This document shows positions 7,962-16,514 of a DNA stretch of 33,693 bases, piece by piece. Source of the stretch: a virus; the IMG/VR virus record IMGVR_UViG_3300033141_001099; one strand, given 5' to 3'. The notes under the pieces were generated by a model that searched no databases, was not told the origin of the DNA, and saw only the letters and a program-made list of their open reading frames with translations. The position numbers and the translations under genes are program-made. Numbering within the stretch: position 1 is the first letter of the stretch; the number at the start of each line of letters is the position of its first letter.

Positions 7962-9164
7962 ATGCCAGGACCATTTGATTATTCAATTCAGCGTGTTGAC
8001 CCACTACAAAGAGCATTTCAAGGCTTACAGATAGGCGGAGCTATTAAGAAGCCAAGAGAAGCAGAAGAGACTCAACAAAAAGCCGAAGCACTTAAAAAAC
8101 AATATAGTTTTGATGTGCAAGAAGCCTTTAAAGACCCGACACCTCAAAAAATGGCGATGTTGATTGCTAAGCATCCCGGACAAAGAGAAGCTTTTAAGCA
8201 AGGTTGGGATGTATTAAACGAAGACCAAAAGAAAAATGAATTACAAACAACAGGGCAAGTTTATTCCGCTTTATTATCTAACAACACAGAAGTTGCAAAC
8301 AATATCATTAATGAGCAAATCACAGCCAGAAGTAACAGCGGTCAAGACACAAGTAAACTACAAAGCATTAAAGACTATATAGAGAGAGACCCTAAAGGTG
8401 CAACAGGGTATGCAGGTTTAGTCCTATCTTCACTTATGGGCGAAAAAGAATTTGCGAAGACTTTTAAAACATTGGGGGAAGAACGAAGAGCAGAGGAAAC
8501 AGCACCACAAAAAAGAAAAAAAGAAAATGCTGAAATCGCTAAACTTGCAGCGGAAACAGGCTTAAGTAAAGCAAAAACAAACAAAGTAATAATCGAAGGC
8601 AAAAACTTAGGAATCGAAGGAAAAAAAGCACTTGTAGAATTAGAGTATTTAAAATCTACAGGTGGCAAAGACCCTGAAAAAACTTTTAATCAAGAAGAGA
8701 AACTTAGAAAAGAATATTCTGCAAAAACTAAAAACTTCCACGAATCAAAAGTAGTTCTTGATAAAATAAGATCTTCTGTTGCAGATAGTTCTGGTGCAGG
8801 AGACTTAGCATTAGTTTTCTCTTTTATGAAAATGCTTGATCCCGGCTCTGTTGTAAGAGAATCGGAATTTGCATTAGCAAGTGACACAGCAGGTTTATTC
8901 GCAAGGTTAAAAAATACAGCAGAAAAAATACAAACAGGTCAATTTTTAACGCCAAGCCAAAGAGGAGATTTTGGAAGACTCGCAGAAAAATATATGAAAT
9001 CTTCAGGGCAACACGAAAAAAGAACAAGAAAATCGTTAGAAGCGGTAATAAAAAACTATTCTTTAAATCCTGATAATATCTTTGGGGTAGAAGAAGTTGC
9101 TGTTGTTACAGATGGTGATGTGGTAGTTGAAAAAAGTTACCTTAAATACGGGAAGACTAAATAA
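7962..9164 (+). CDS. Ejection protein, gp20 position.
   Basis: 400 aa, strong RBS AAGGAG. Assigned by synteny only; K/E-rich central region. Confidence 0.5.
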   Translation: MPGPFDYSIQRVDPLQRAFQGLQIGGAIKKPREAEETQQKAEALKKQYSFDVQEAFKDPTPQKMAMLIAKHPGQREAFKQGWDVLNEDQKKNELQTTGQVYSALLSNNTEVANNIINEQITARSNSGQDTSKLQSIKDYIERDPKGATGYAGLVLSSLMGEKEFAKTFKTLGEERRAEETAPQKRKKENAEIAKLAAETGLSKAKTNKVIIEGKNLGIEGKKALVELEYLKSTGGKDPEKTFNQEEKLRKEYSAKTKNFHESKVVLDKIRSSVADSSGAGDLALVFSFMKMLDPGSVVRESEFALASDTAGLFARLKNTAEKIQTGQFLTPSQRGDFGRLAEKYMKSSGQHEKRTRKSLEAVIKNYSLNPDNIFGVEEVAVVTDGDVVVEKSYLKYGKTK

Positions 9165-11137
9165 TGGATGAAGAAACATTAACAGCAATATATAACGCTT
9201 ATGAGTCAGGACAAATGTTACCTGAAGAAAAAGTTGAATATGAAAAAGATGTTAATGAAGGGGTAATAGGATTACCTCAAGGGAAGACTTTTTCAGTAAC
9301 CACTCAACAAGAAACTGTGACAGCACCACAGGAACTACCGCAAGGTGTGTTTGATGCTTATTTTGAAGGTAGAATGACACCAGAAGAAAGTCAAGAGTTT
9401 GAACAAGATGCAGGAGCGGGACTTTTTAAATTACCCGAAGGTGTAACCGTATCTTCTTTTGAAGCGAGTGGAGACTTATCAACTCCATTAAAAGGCTTTA
9501 AGCTTACTAAAGAGCCGACATTGGGTGAAAAGGCAATAGGTGTAGGAGAAACGGCTTTAACATTGGTTACAGGTGCGACAGGTGGACTAGTTGGGCAGAT
9601 AGGTGGAACACTAAAAGGTTTAGTGGAGCAGATTGTTAGTGGAAAGTTTGGAACACAAGAAGCAGGAGAAGCAGTTAAGCAAGCAGCACTAGAAGGCGCT
9701 CAAGCTTTAACGTATGAACCTACAACAGAAACAGGTCAAGAATATACTCAAGCGATAGCGGAAACTCTTGCACCGTTAGAAGCACTTGGACCATTAGGTG
9801 CAGAAATAGAAACAATCATTAGAGGAACAATGGCTGCAAAAACTGCTCCAAAAACAAGACCTGGTGTTAAAGCAGCGGAAGCGGTAAAAACAGCGGAAAG
9901 AGCAGGAATAATACCAATGACCACCGACGTTATCCCCCCAAAGACTTTTGTTGGAAAATTCGCTCAAGCAGTAGGCGAAAGAATACCTTTAGTTGGAACA
10001 GGTGAAGCAAGAGCAGCACAGCAAGTCCAAAGAGCTAATGCAATAAAAGGTTTCTTGTCGGAGCATGGAGCAGTTGGAACAGGTGCGGTTATTGATGATG
10101 TTATGTCTTCTCTTACAAAAGCAAGAGAAAATAAAATAAATAGGTTTTCTAAAATCAAAGGGGAAGTATTTGCAAAAATGCCTGATAGTAAAGTAAATAC
10201 TGACAGCACTTTAAACATAATAGATAGTGAGATATTGAGACTCAAACAGATGGGAACAAAAGGAGTTTCTCCGTTGATAGATGTCTTAAATGACTATAAG
10301 ACAGCATTTAAAGATAAAAATATTGCGAACATTGAGGCATTAAGAAAACAACTTGGGGATCAGCTAGATTCTACCGATATGGCATCAGTTAAAACAGAGT
10401 CTGGTAAATCAGCAAGAAAAATATATGGTGCATTAAATGAAGATATTGGAGACTTTGTAAAACTTAATGGAGAGCCAAAAGATTTTGCTAAATGGAAAAT
10501 AGCAAACAGAGAACTATCTGCAACATTCTCAGAGCTTGAAAATGGAACACTAAAGTCTGTTCTAAAAAGAGGAAACGCTACTCCTGAAGCTGTAAAAAGT
10601 TTACTATTTAGCCAAAAACCAAGTGATATAAAAACACTATATAGAAACTTAAATAGAGAGGGCAGAGCAAACGCTAGAACAGCGATATTGCATGAAGCAG
10701 TAGAAAAGGCTGGAGGAATAGAAAACTTCACACCAGAGCGATTTACTACACACTTAAAAAGACTTCAAAAGTCAACGGGTATTTTCTTCACAGGAGAAGA
10801 TAAAAAAGCTCTAAACGGTTTATCGAAAGCTCTACATATCACAAGAAGAGGTGGAATTGCAGGGGTTAAGCCTACAACAGGGGCGGAACTTACAACCATT
10901 GCAACTCCTACAGCGTTAACTTGGTTCTTAGGAAGCGACCCTATTACAGGTTTAGCAGCAACAGGTGGGGTTGGATTAATGGCAAAGATTTACGAATCGA
11001 AACCATTTAGAAACACACTGATAAAAATAGCAAACGCTCCAAAAGGTAAAGAATTACCTTTAATAACAAGCCTAATGGCGATAATCGAATCTCAAAAAGA
11101 AAACCAAAAAACAGAAAAACCAACACAAAGGAAATAA
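9164..11137 (+). CDS. Ejection protein, gp16 position.
   Basis: 657 aa, TAATG coupling to the upstream gene. Assigned by synteny and size (P22 gp16 is about 609 aa). Confidence 0.5.
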   Translation: MDEETLTAIYNAYESGQMLPEEKVEYEKDVNEGVIGLPQGKTFSVTTQQETVTAPQELPQGVFDAYFEGRMTPEESQEFEQDAGAGLFKLPEGVTVSSFEASGDLSTPLKGFKLTKEPTLGEKAIGVGETALTLVTGATGGLVGQIGGTLKGLVEQIVSGKFGTQEAGEAVKQAALEGAQALTYEPTTETGQEYTQAIAETLAPLEALGPLGAEIETIIRGTMAAKTAPKTRPGVKAAEAVKTAERAGIIPMTTDVIPPKTFVGKFAQAVGERIPLVGTGEARAAQQVQRANAIKGFLSEHGAVGTGAVIDDVMSSLTKARENKINRFSKIKGEVFAKMPDSKVNTDSTLNIIDSEILRLKQMGTKGVSPLIDVLNDYKTAFKDKNIANIEALRKQLGDQLDSTDMASVKTESGKSARKIYGALNEDIGDFVKLNGEPKDFAKWKIANRELSATFSELENGTLKSVLKRGNATPEAVKSLLFSQKPSDIKTLYRNLNREGRANARTAILHEAVEKAGGIENFTPERFTTHLKRLQKSTGIFFTGEDKKALNGLSKALHITRRGGIAGVKPTTGAELTTIATPTALTWFLGSDPITGLAATGGVGLMAKIYESKPFRNTLIKIANAPKGKELPLITSLMAIIESQKENQKTEKPTQRK

Positions 11138-11138
11138 A

Positions 11139-12872
11139 ATGGCAGAAATAAACAAGCTCTCAGCAACAGACACAGTCACAGGAGGCGATTTATTCGCAAT
11201 CTGGGCTACTGGAAACGGAGATACTAGGAAGTTAGCAGTATCAGCACTGTTGGAGTATATGCAAGCTAATATTGATATAATTAAGACATATGATGATTTT
11301 GCATCATTTCCTACAACAGGAGAGACAGAACACATTTACATAGCAGCCGACACAAACTTTATATATGCGTGGGATGGGAGCGCTTATGGTAAACTCGGCG
11401 TAGTCGTTTTAGATGATTTGGAAGACGTTGACACATCAGGCAAAGCTAACGGCGACTTCTTAACATATAATAGCACAAGTGGTTTATGGGAGGCAGTTCT
11501 AAGAGCAGATATTTTAAAAGCCTCATTAATCAGCGCAGATACAACAAACTTTGATAAAGTATTATCAGCGGCAGACGATACTGTACAAAAAGCACTCGAA
11601 ACATTAGATGAAATTGACAAATCTAGTGTTGGATTGGGCAATGTTGATAATACTTCAGATGTCAATAAGCCAGTAAGTACCGCACAACAAACAGCACTTG
11701 ATTTAAAAGCTAACTTAACAGGTGCAACTTTCACAGGAATGGTTGAATTAGCAAAAGGTGCAGATGTAGCAAGTGCCTCAGAGCTACCAATATTGTCAGA
11801 TGGGAACTCTTTTGATGTAACAGGCACAACACCGATTGCCTCAATAGCTACAACAGGAAATGTCGGCACGAGTATTAAATTACATTTTAACGAGATTTTA
11901 ATATTAACTCATCACGCAACAAATTTAATCATCCCCGGCGGTGCAAATTATACTACAGCAGCCGGAGACGAGTTTGAATTTGAAGAGTATGATTCTGGAG
12001 ATTTCAGATGTACTAGTTATGCTTTAGCTAGTGGAGAAGCAATTATAGGCGGAGCTAGTAGTGCAATAGACGTATCTGCCACAGCCCAAACAAAAATCGG
12101 AGATTTATCAATTGGAGAAAGCGTCGCAGTTGCTTCATGGTCATTCTCAGGCACAACAATAACAATAAACACATCAGCCATCCATAATCTAAGCGTAGGA
12201 CAGTTTTTTACGGTTGATGGCTTAATCGCAACAACTAATGCGCCTAATGGAAGATGGGAGGTTGCAACAGTTGCAGACACTGATACAATAACATTTGTGG
12301 CAACAGACACACCAACAGGAACACCAACAGTATCGAGCGCAACATTAAAACATGGAGATTTAAAAGCATTTGGGAAAATTTTAAATCCTGATCCATTATT
12401 GTTGGCAGAATTTGAAGTAACAGGCACAGCATTAACAAGCATTAATTTCAGCGGATTAGATATAAATACTCACAAAAGCTACAGAATAGAGATAGAATTG
12501 ATTAATCCTTTAGCATCTTCGCCAAATATTTATTTGTTCGTGAACGGAGATACGACGGTAACTAATTATGACTCGCAGCATACAATTTTTAGCACTTCTG
12601 CGTCTGCGTCTAGACCTAATAGTTCTTTATTAACGACAATGGTTGCAAGTCAATTAATGAAAACTATTTTAAATGTGTCAATAGTGGATGATGTTGCATC
12701 TTATATTGTTTCTTCACTATCGCCCACATCCTCAACAACTGTTAACAGCACTAGCGGAAGTGGAAGAAAAACTGCAACAGTTGCAAACATAACACAACTT
12801 ACTTTTACAGCATCTATATCTAATACTATTGGTATTGGCTCTAAAATTAGAATCTACAGAGGAGACACATAA
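11139..12872 (+). CDS. Tail fibre / receptor-binding protein.
   Basis: 577 aa. N-terminal INKLSATDTVTGGDLFAIWATGNGDTRKLAVSALLEYM and the motif GLGNVDNTSDVNKPVSTAQQTALDLKANL are both typical of phage tail-fibre proteins. Confidence 0.75.
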   Translation: MAEINKLSATDTVTGGDLFAIWATGNGDTRKLAVSALLEYMQANIDIIKTYDDFASFPTTGETEHIYIAADTNFIYAWDGSAYGKLGVVVLDDLEDVDTSGKANGDFLTYNSTSGLWEAVLRADILKASLISADTTNFDKVLSAADDTVQKALETLDEIDKSSVGLGNVDNTSDVNKPVSTAQQTALDLKANLTGATFTGMVELAKGADVASASELPILSDGNSFDVTGTTPIASIATTGNVGTSIKLHFNEILILTHHATNLIIPGGANYTTAAGDEFEFEEYDSGDFRCTSYALASGEAIIGGASSAIDVSATAQTKIGDLSIGESVAVASWSFSGTTITINTSAIHNLSVGQFFTVDGLIATTNAPNGRWEVATVADTDTITFVATDTPTGTPTVSSATLKHGDLKAFGKILNPDPLLLAEFEVTGTALTSINFSGLDINTHKSYRIEIELINPLASSPNIYLFVNGDTTVTNYDSQHTIFSTSASASRPNSSLLTTMVASQLMKTILNVSIVDDVASYIVSSLSPTSSTTVNSTSGSGRKTATVANITQLTFTASISNTIGIGSKIRIYRGDT

Positions 12873-13111
12873 TGATAAAAGTAACAACAAAAACAGGACA
12901 ACAATTAACAGATGAAGAAGTAAACCAAATAGTTAAAGATAATCGCATTGCAGAGATAGATGCCCGTTTAGATGAAATAGATAGGAAAAGCGTTCGTTCT
13001 ATGAGAAAGAAGAGTACCGGTAGGGATGCCCAAGCGGATAGAGATAAATTACTAGCTTTTGATGATGAAGCTGATACGCTTAGAGATGAACGTGATTTAT
13101 TAACAGCATAA
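12872..13111 (+). CDS. Hypothetical charged coiled-coil protein, possibly a fibre chaperone by position.
   Basis: 79 aa, TAATG overlap with the fibre gene. Confidence 0.5.
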   Translation: MIKVTTKTGQQLTDEEVNQIVKDNRIAEIDARLDEIDRKSVRSMRKKSTGRDAQADRDKLLAFDDEADTLRDERDLLTA

Positions 13112-13122
13112 AAGGGTTTAAA

Positions 13123-13608
13123 ATGCCAAACGGTGACGAATTAGAACAAGCTGAAGAATTAGGCAAGATTAAAGCAGAGGTACATACGCTTAATACCCTA
13201 GTCAAGGCACACTTCACAAAGTTTGATGCCTACATTGAAAAGAATCAACCTAAACCAATGGGTGTCGCAGGATATATAGGAATTGCTGTCTCAATAATGG
13301 GTATATTTACCTTATTGTTTGGAAGTGTAATGTATATAACTAATTCAGCAAATGCTCCAATTATTGCTCAAACAACACAAATGACACAAGCCCTCGCAAC
13401 TATACAAAGTAATAGTATGCAAAATAGCAATCAAAATCAACTTACCAGAATAGAAATGTCCGGCGTTAAAAAAAGTGTAAACAGCAATGAAGAAACATTA
13501 CAATGGATAATATTTCAAGAGAATTTACCCAAGCAAATAACCGAAACGCAAGGGCGAATAAATACACTAGAAATGCAAATAAACGAAATCAAAAACAAAG
13601 GAAAATGA
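13123..13608 (+). CDS. Single-pass membrane protein with coiled-coil flanks, a holin- or i-spanin-like candidate.
   Basis: 161 aa. One hydrophobic span (GVAGYIGIAVSIMGIFTLLFGSVMYI). Located at the head of the lysis cluster. Confidence 0.5.
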   Translation: MPNGDELEQAEELGKIKAEVHTLNTLVKAHFTKFDAYIEKNQPKPMGVAGYIGIAVSIMGIFTLLFGSVMYITNSANAPIIAQTTQMTQALATIQSNSMQNSNQNQLTRIEMSGVKKSVNSNEETLQWIIFQENLPKQITETQGRINTLEMQINEIKNKGK

Positions 13609-13609
13609 A

Positions 13610-13672
13610 ATGATTAAGCCAAAAAGCAAAAAAAGCAAAAAAAAAGTAATGCCAAAAAAAGCAAAAAAATAA
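13610..13672 (+). CDS. Polybasic micro-ORF, 20 aa: MIKPKSKKSKKKVMPKKAKK. It is built from A5-A9 homopolymer tracts.
   Basis: ATG lies 1 nt after the upstream stop. Its TAA overlaps the AAGGAA SD of the GTG-start gene at 13682. It could instead be non-coding A-tract spacer. Confidence 0.3.
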   Translation: MIKPKSKKSKKKVMPKKAKK

Positions 13673-13681
13673 GGAATATTT

Positions 13682-14065
13682 GTGAGTAAATTTAAAAGTC
13701 AATTAATTGTTAAAGTTCCGCTTGATGGTGGCGACAGAGAATTAATGGAAGACTTAGTGTATTTTTCTTCTTTAGTTGGTGAAGAAATAATATCTGAAAA
13801 AGGTATGTTTACAGACTATGGCTCTATCCCTAAGTTTTTACACAGCATTATGTCACCTACTGGTAAGCCTACTTATGCTTTTGTTACACACGATAATCTT
13901 TATAGAAGCGGAAAGTACCCTAAAAAAGTATGTGATGCTATTCTAGAAGAAGCCAATAGAGAATGTCTAGATGTTAGCTGGATTAAAAGAAAGTCTATTA
14001 CTGCTGGATTAAAGCTTGGTGGTTGGGTAGCTTGGAATAAATATCGTAAAAAGGATAAGAAGTGA
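13682..14065 (+). CDS. DUF1353-family protein.
   Basis: 127 aa, GTG start, SD AAGGAA. Motifs GMFTDYGSIP, THDNLY and CDAILEEA match the DUF1353 pattern (G..TDgaSiP ... HD.lY ... aD). Confidence 0.65.
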   Translation: MSKFKSQLIVKVPLDGGDRELMEDLVYFSSLVGEEIISEKGMFTDYGSIPKFLHSIMSPTGKPTYAFVTHDNLYRSGKYPKKVCDAILEEANRECLDVSWIKRKSITAGLKLGGWVAWNKYRKKDKK

Positions 14066-14202
14066 GAAAAGCGGAAATAACTTTAATTGGATTGCTAATT
14101 GCTCTTGTTTTAGCAATAAGAAATGTTTATATTGATGAAAAGTACGGCATTAATATACTAGACTTTGCAGATGACAATGATACTATAGTAAGGGAGAAGT
14201 AA
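14062..14202 (+). CDS. 46-aa single-TM peptide, a holin/pinholin-like candidate: MRKAEITLIGLLIALVLAIRNVYIDEKYGINILDFADDNDTIVREK.
   Basis: The GTG start overlaps the upstream stop (GTGA). The stop overlaps the endolysin start (TAATG). Not in the ORF track. Confidence 0.5.
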   Translation: MRKAEITLIGLLIALVLAIRNVYIDEKYGINILDFADDNDTIVREK

Positions 14203-14516
14203 TGTTAAGCATTAAATCAGGGCAAAGCGGAGCTAAAGTCAACGGGTTAAGAACAGAGGCACTACTAGCCCTTATTATCGCAAACGACATTCTATCAAGC
14301 TCAGGGTATGATTGTGTACTAACAGAAGCTACAGGCGGTAAACATAGCACAGGAAGCCTACACTATATCGGGAATGCAATTGACTTAAGAACTCGTCATA
14401 TTCCACCTAACGAACAAAAGACCATTAAAACTAAACTAAAAGAAGCATTAGGGGATCAATACGATGTAGTTTTAGAAAAAGACCATTATCATATTGAATT
14501 TCAGCCTAAAACATAG
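14202..14516 (+). CDS. Endolysin candidate: a small Zn peptidase of the M15 / Hedgehog-DD-peptidase fold.
   Basis: 104 aa. SLHYIGNAIDL gives H-x6-D and DHYHIEF gives the distal His motif, as in VanY / L-Ala-D-Glu peptidase-type lysins. Confidence 0.65.
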   Translation: MLSIKSGQSGAKVNGLRTEALLALIIANDILSSSGYDCVLTEATGGKHSTGSLHYIGNAIDLRTRHIPPNEQKTIKTKLKEALGDQYDVVLEKDHYHIEFQPKT

Positions 14517-14649
14517 GGATTTGAAGTAAAGAATCAATCCCACCATCCCAATATACAGTTAAACAAAACACAGCACCTGCAACAATAGCACCTGCTCCGG
14601 CAAGTAGCATATAACAATATTTTAAATCTTCTTCATCGCATTTCATCAT
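14506..14649 (-). CDS. 47-aa membrane peptide, the last gene of the leftward operon.
   Basis: AAAGGAAA SD before ATGATG. MMKCDEEDLKYCYMLLAGAGAIVAGAVFCLTVYWDGG... carries one TM span. Its 3' end converges on and overlaps the endolysin end by 11 nt. Confidence 0.4.
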   Translation of the reverse strand: MMKCDEEDLKYCYMLLAGAGAIVAGAVFCLTVYWDGGIDSLLQIPMF

Positions 14650-14670
14650 TTTCCTTTTCAGTATAGTTAT

Positions 14671-14898
14671 CTATACTATTTTTAGTTTTAGCATCTCTAT
14701 ATACTCGTCTTGGCTCTTTACCAGTTTTTCAAGAGTCTGTATTTTTGATTCATCTTGTTCAGTAATATTTTTTTGTAGTTCTATTATTTTTTCTAAACCT
14801 TTAACCATTTTTTCATATGTGACACTCTTCTTTTTCCTAATACTTAGTAGTTCGTCATTAAGCATAGACAACAATCCATCTTTAAGCACATCATCCAT
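14671..14898 (-). CDS. Hypothetical coiled-coil protein.
   Basis: 75 aa, SD AAAGGAGAG upstream. Confidence 0.6.
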   Translation of the reverse strand: MDDVLKDGLLSMLNDELLSIRKKKSVTYEKMVKGLEKIIELQKNITEQDESKIQTLEKLVKSQDEYIEMLKLKIV

Positions 14899-14923
14899 CT
14901 TCTCTCCTTTATATAGTAAAGAA

Positions 14924-15046
14924 CTATTTTTTAACTTCTTCTAGTTCATTTATGATTCTAGTAAGCTCATCTTTTTCAATTTTTAACATTCCGCAATTTG
15001 TGTATCTTTTTAAATACTCTGTTAAATCAGTTATCCAAACTTTCAT
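14924..15046 (-). CDS. Hypothetical 40-aa protein.
   Basis: ATGA overlap with the stop of 15043..15303. MKVWITDLTEYLKRYTNCGMLKIEKDELTRIINELEEVKK. Not in the track. Confidence 0.45.
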   Translation of the reverse strand: MKVWITDLTEYLKRYTNCGMLKIEKDELTRIINELEEVKK

Positions 15047-15303
15047 TTCTCGCTCCTCTTTTGTTGAAAATCTTTACAATAAAAATCATTTGGCTCACAA
15101 TCGTCTTCTACAAGTTTCCAAATATCACACCAAGATAAACTTTTACAATTCTCACAAGTCTTTGATTCAAAATGCTCCATAATAAAATCCGCAATTGCTT
15201 CATATCTTGATTCAGGCAAAGCCTTATATAGCCTGTCCGTTTCTTCGTCTGCATAGGTTTCCTCTAAATGATTCATTTTGTTAATGATATCTTCTTTTTT
15301 CAT
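15043..15303 (-). CDS. Hypothetical Cys-rich acidic protein.
   Basis: 86 aa; CENCKSLSWC...DDCEPNDFYC. Confidence 0.6.
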   Translation of the reverse strand: MKKEDIINKMNHLEETYADEETDRLYKALPESRYEAIADFIMEHFESKTCENCKSLSWCDIWKLVEDDCEPNDFYCKDFQQKRSEK

Positions 15304-15393
15304 CCCTCACTCCTCTGTGATCTAACATACTCTTGATGAACTTTTATTCTATATCTGTTCATCTTTTGGACTTTTTTAAGCCGACTTTGTTTT

Positions 15394-15753
15394 TTACGTT
15401 GTTGAGGTGTTATTTCTTGAAGCCTCTACTTGTTTGTTAAAAGATTTTTTCCAATAATCTCTATCTTTTTTGAGTTTTTCTATATACTCTTCAGCTTCTT
15501 TAAATCTGTTTCTAGTCAAAGCGTGTAAGTCTTTTTCTTTGGACAACTCTTCTTCTAATTCATCCACTCTTTCATCATAGTCATCTAAATCAGATTGCAT
15601 CATACATTCTCGTTCAATATCATTCTCGAAAATTTGCTTCATACTTCTAAATAATGAAGCTTTTTCTTTTTCTTCCATTAATCCATAGTCGTGTCTAAAC
15701 GTCATACACATTGCATTTATAATATCTGTTTTACTTCTACTCATCTCACTCAC
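15394..15753 (-). CDS. Hypothetical acidic coiled-coil protein.
   Basis: 119 aa; no family recognised. Confidence 0.6.
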   Translation of the reverse strand: MSEMSRSKTDIINAMCMTFRHDYGLMEEKEKASLFRSMKQIFENDIERECMMQSDLDDYDERVDELEEELSKEKDLHALTRNRFKEAEEYIEKLKKDRDYWKKSFNKQVEASRNNTSTT

Positions 15754-15780
15754 CTCTTTATCATTTAATAACTAATCTCT

Positions 15781-16320
15781 TTACTGACTAATTAATTTTT
15801 TAACTCTGCTATTCTCGATAGCACCTGAGTAACTTTGCGAATATTCCACCGCATTTTTAAACGCTCTCAACTGCTCTAAACTCGTTGCGTATAGATTTAT
15901 GTTACCAAATAGCTGTTTGTGGTCTGTATAGGGCTTAACTTGATTCAGAATCGCCATATCACTATCACTAATTCCTTTAAAAACAGTTCCAGCCATCTGG
16001 TCGTCAAAAGTTCTTCCGCTCATTTTTGCATCATCGAAAACTTTTTTATTGATCCCGTGGCACATTTCAATTAGCTCTTTAGCTTTAACTTCAACCAAAT
16101 CAACATTTGCAGGTTTAAATTGATCAACAACTTTCATAATAGCTTGAAGTCCGTTCCCATAGGTGTTTTCTCTCATAATAGCTTTGTAAAAGTCCACAAA
16201 ATCACAATCTTTGATCATCTCTGTTTCTTCTGCTACTGATTGATAGTTGAAGATGTTATCGTCAAGCTTGAGTCCTTTGACTAATGCTTTGATTAGTTCG
16301 TTTCTTGATAGACTATTCAT
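15781..16320 (-). CDS. Hypothetical protein.
   Basis: 179 aa. It lies downstream of the putative replication-organiser gene; no motif recognised. Confidence 0.6.
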   Translation of the reverse strand: MNSLSRNELIKALVKGLKLDDNIFNYQSVAEETEMIKDCDFVDFYKAIMRENTYGNGLQAIMKVVDQFKPANVDLVEVKAKELIEMCHGINKKVFDDAKMSGRTFDDQMAGTVFKGISDSDMAILNQVKPYTDHKQLFGNINLYATSLEQLRAFKNAVEYSQSYSGAIENSRVKKLISQ

Positions 16321-16514
16321 AGTTCGCCTCTTAGATTTTCTATGTCTTGAGCAATATCGTGCAATGAATCATCTTGATTTTTTATTTTTTTGAGCATTTC
16401 TTTCATTATCTTATCTGTTTCTTTTCTTTGAATGTCCGTCATTTCAACATCAAGTAGCTTGGCTCTTAGCTCGTACACTAAACCATTTAAACTCGTCATA
16501 TAATATTTACTCAT
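16317..16514 (-). CDS. Hypothetical small protein.
   Basis: 65 aa, with 4-nt overlaps on both sides. Confidence 0.55.
   Translation of the reverse strand: MSKYYMTSLNGLVYELRAKLLDVEMTDIQRKETDKIMKEMLKKIKNQDDSLHDIAQDIENLRGEL

Noticed and set aside
8375-12442. Antisense ORFs inside the ejection and fibre genes: 8375..8668, 8690..8887, 8824..9027, 9964..10245, 10360..10731, 11072..11335, 11384..11869, 12017..12442 and 12244..12438.
   Set aside because: All are embedded antisense in long, syntenic + strand genes, and no translation signals were seen.
13617-13669. A CRISPR-like or minisatellite array (also considered for 32903-32932).
   Set aside because: These are only short A-tract units or a single 15-bp duplication. 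There is no repeat-spacer architecture and there are no cas genes.
14952-15182. A + strand 76-aa ORF.
   Set aside because: It is antisense to two coupled - strand genes (14924..15046 and 15043..15303), and all surrounding genes are on the - strand.
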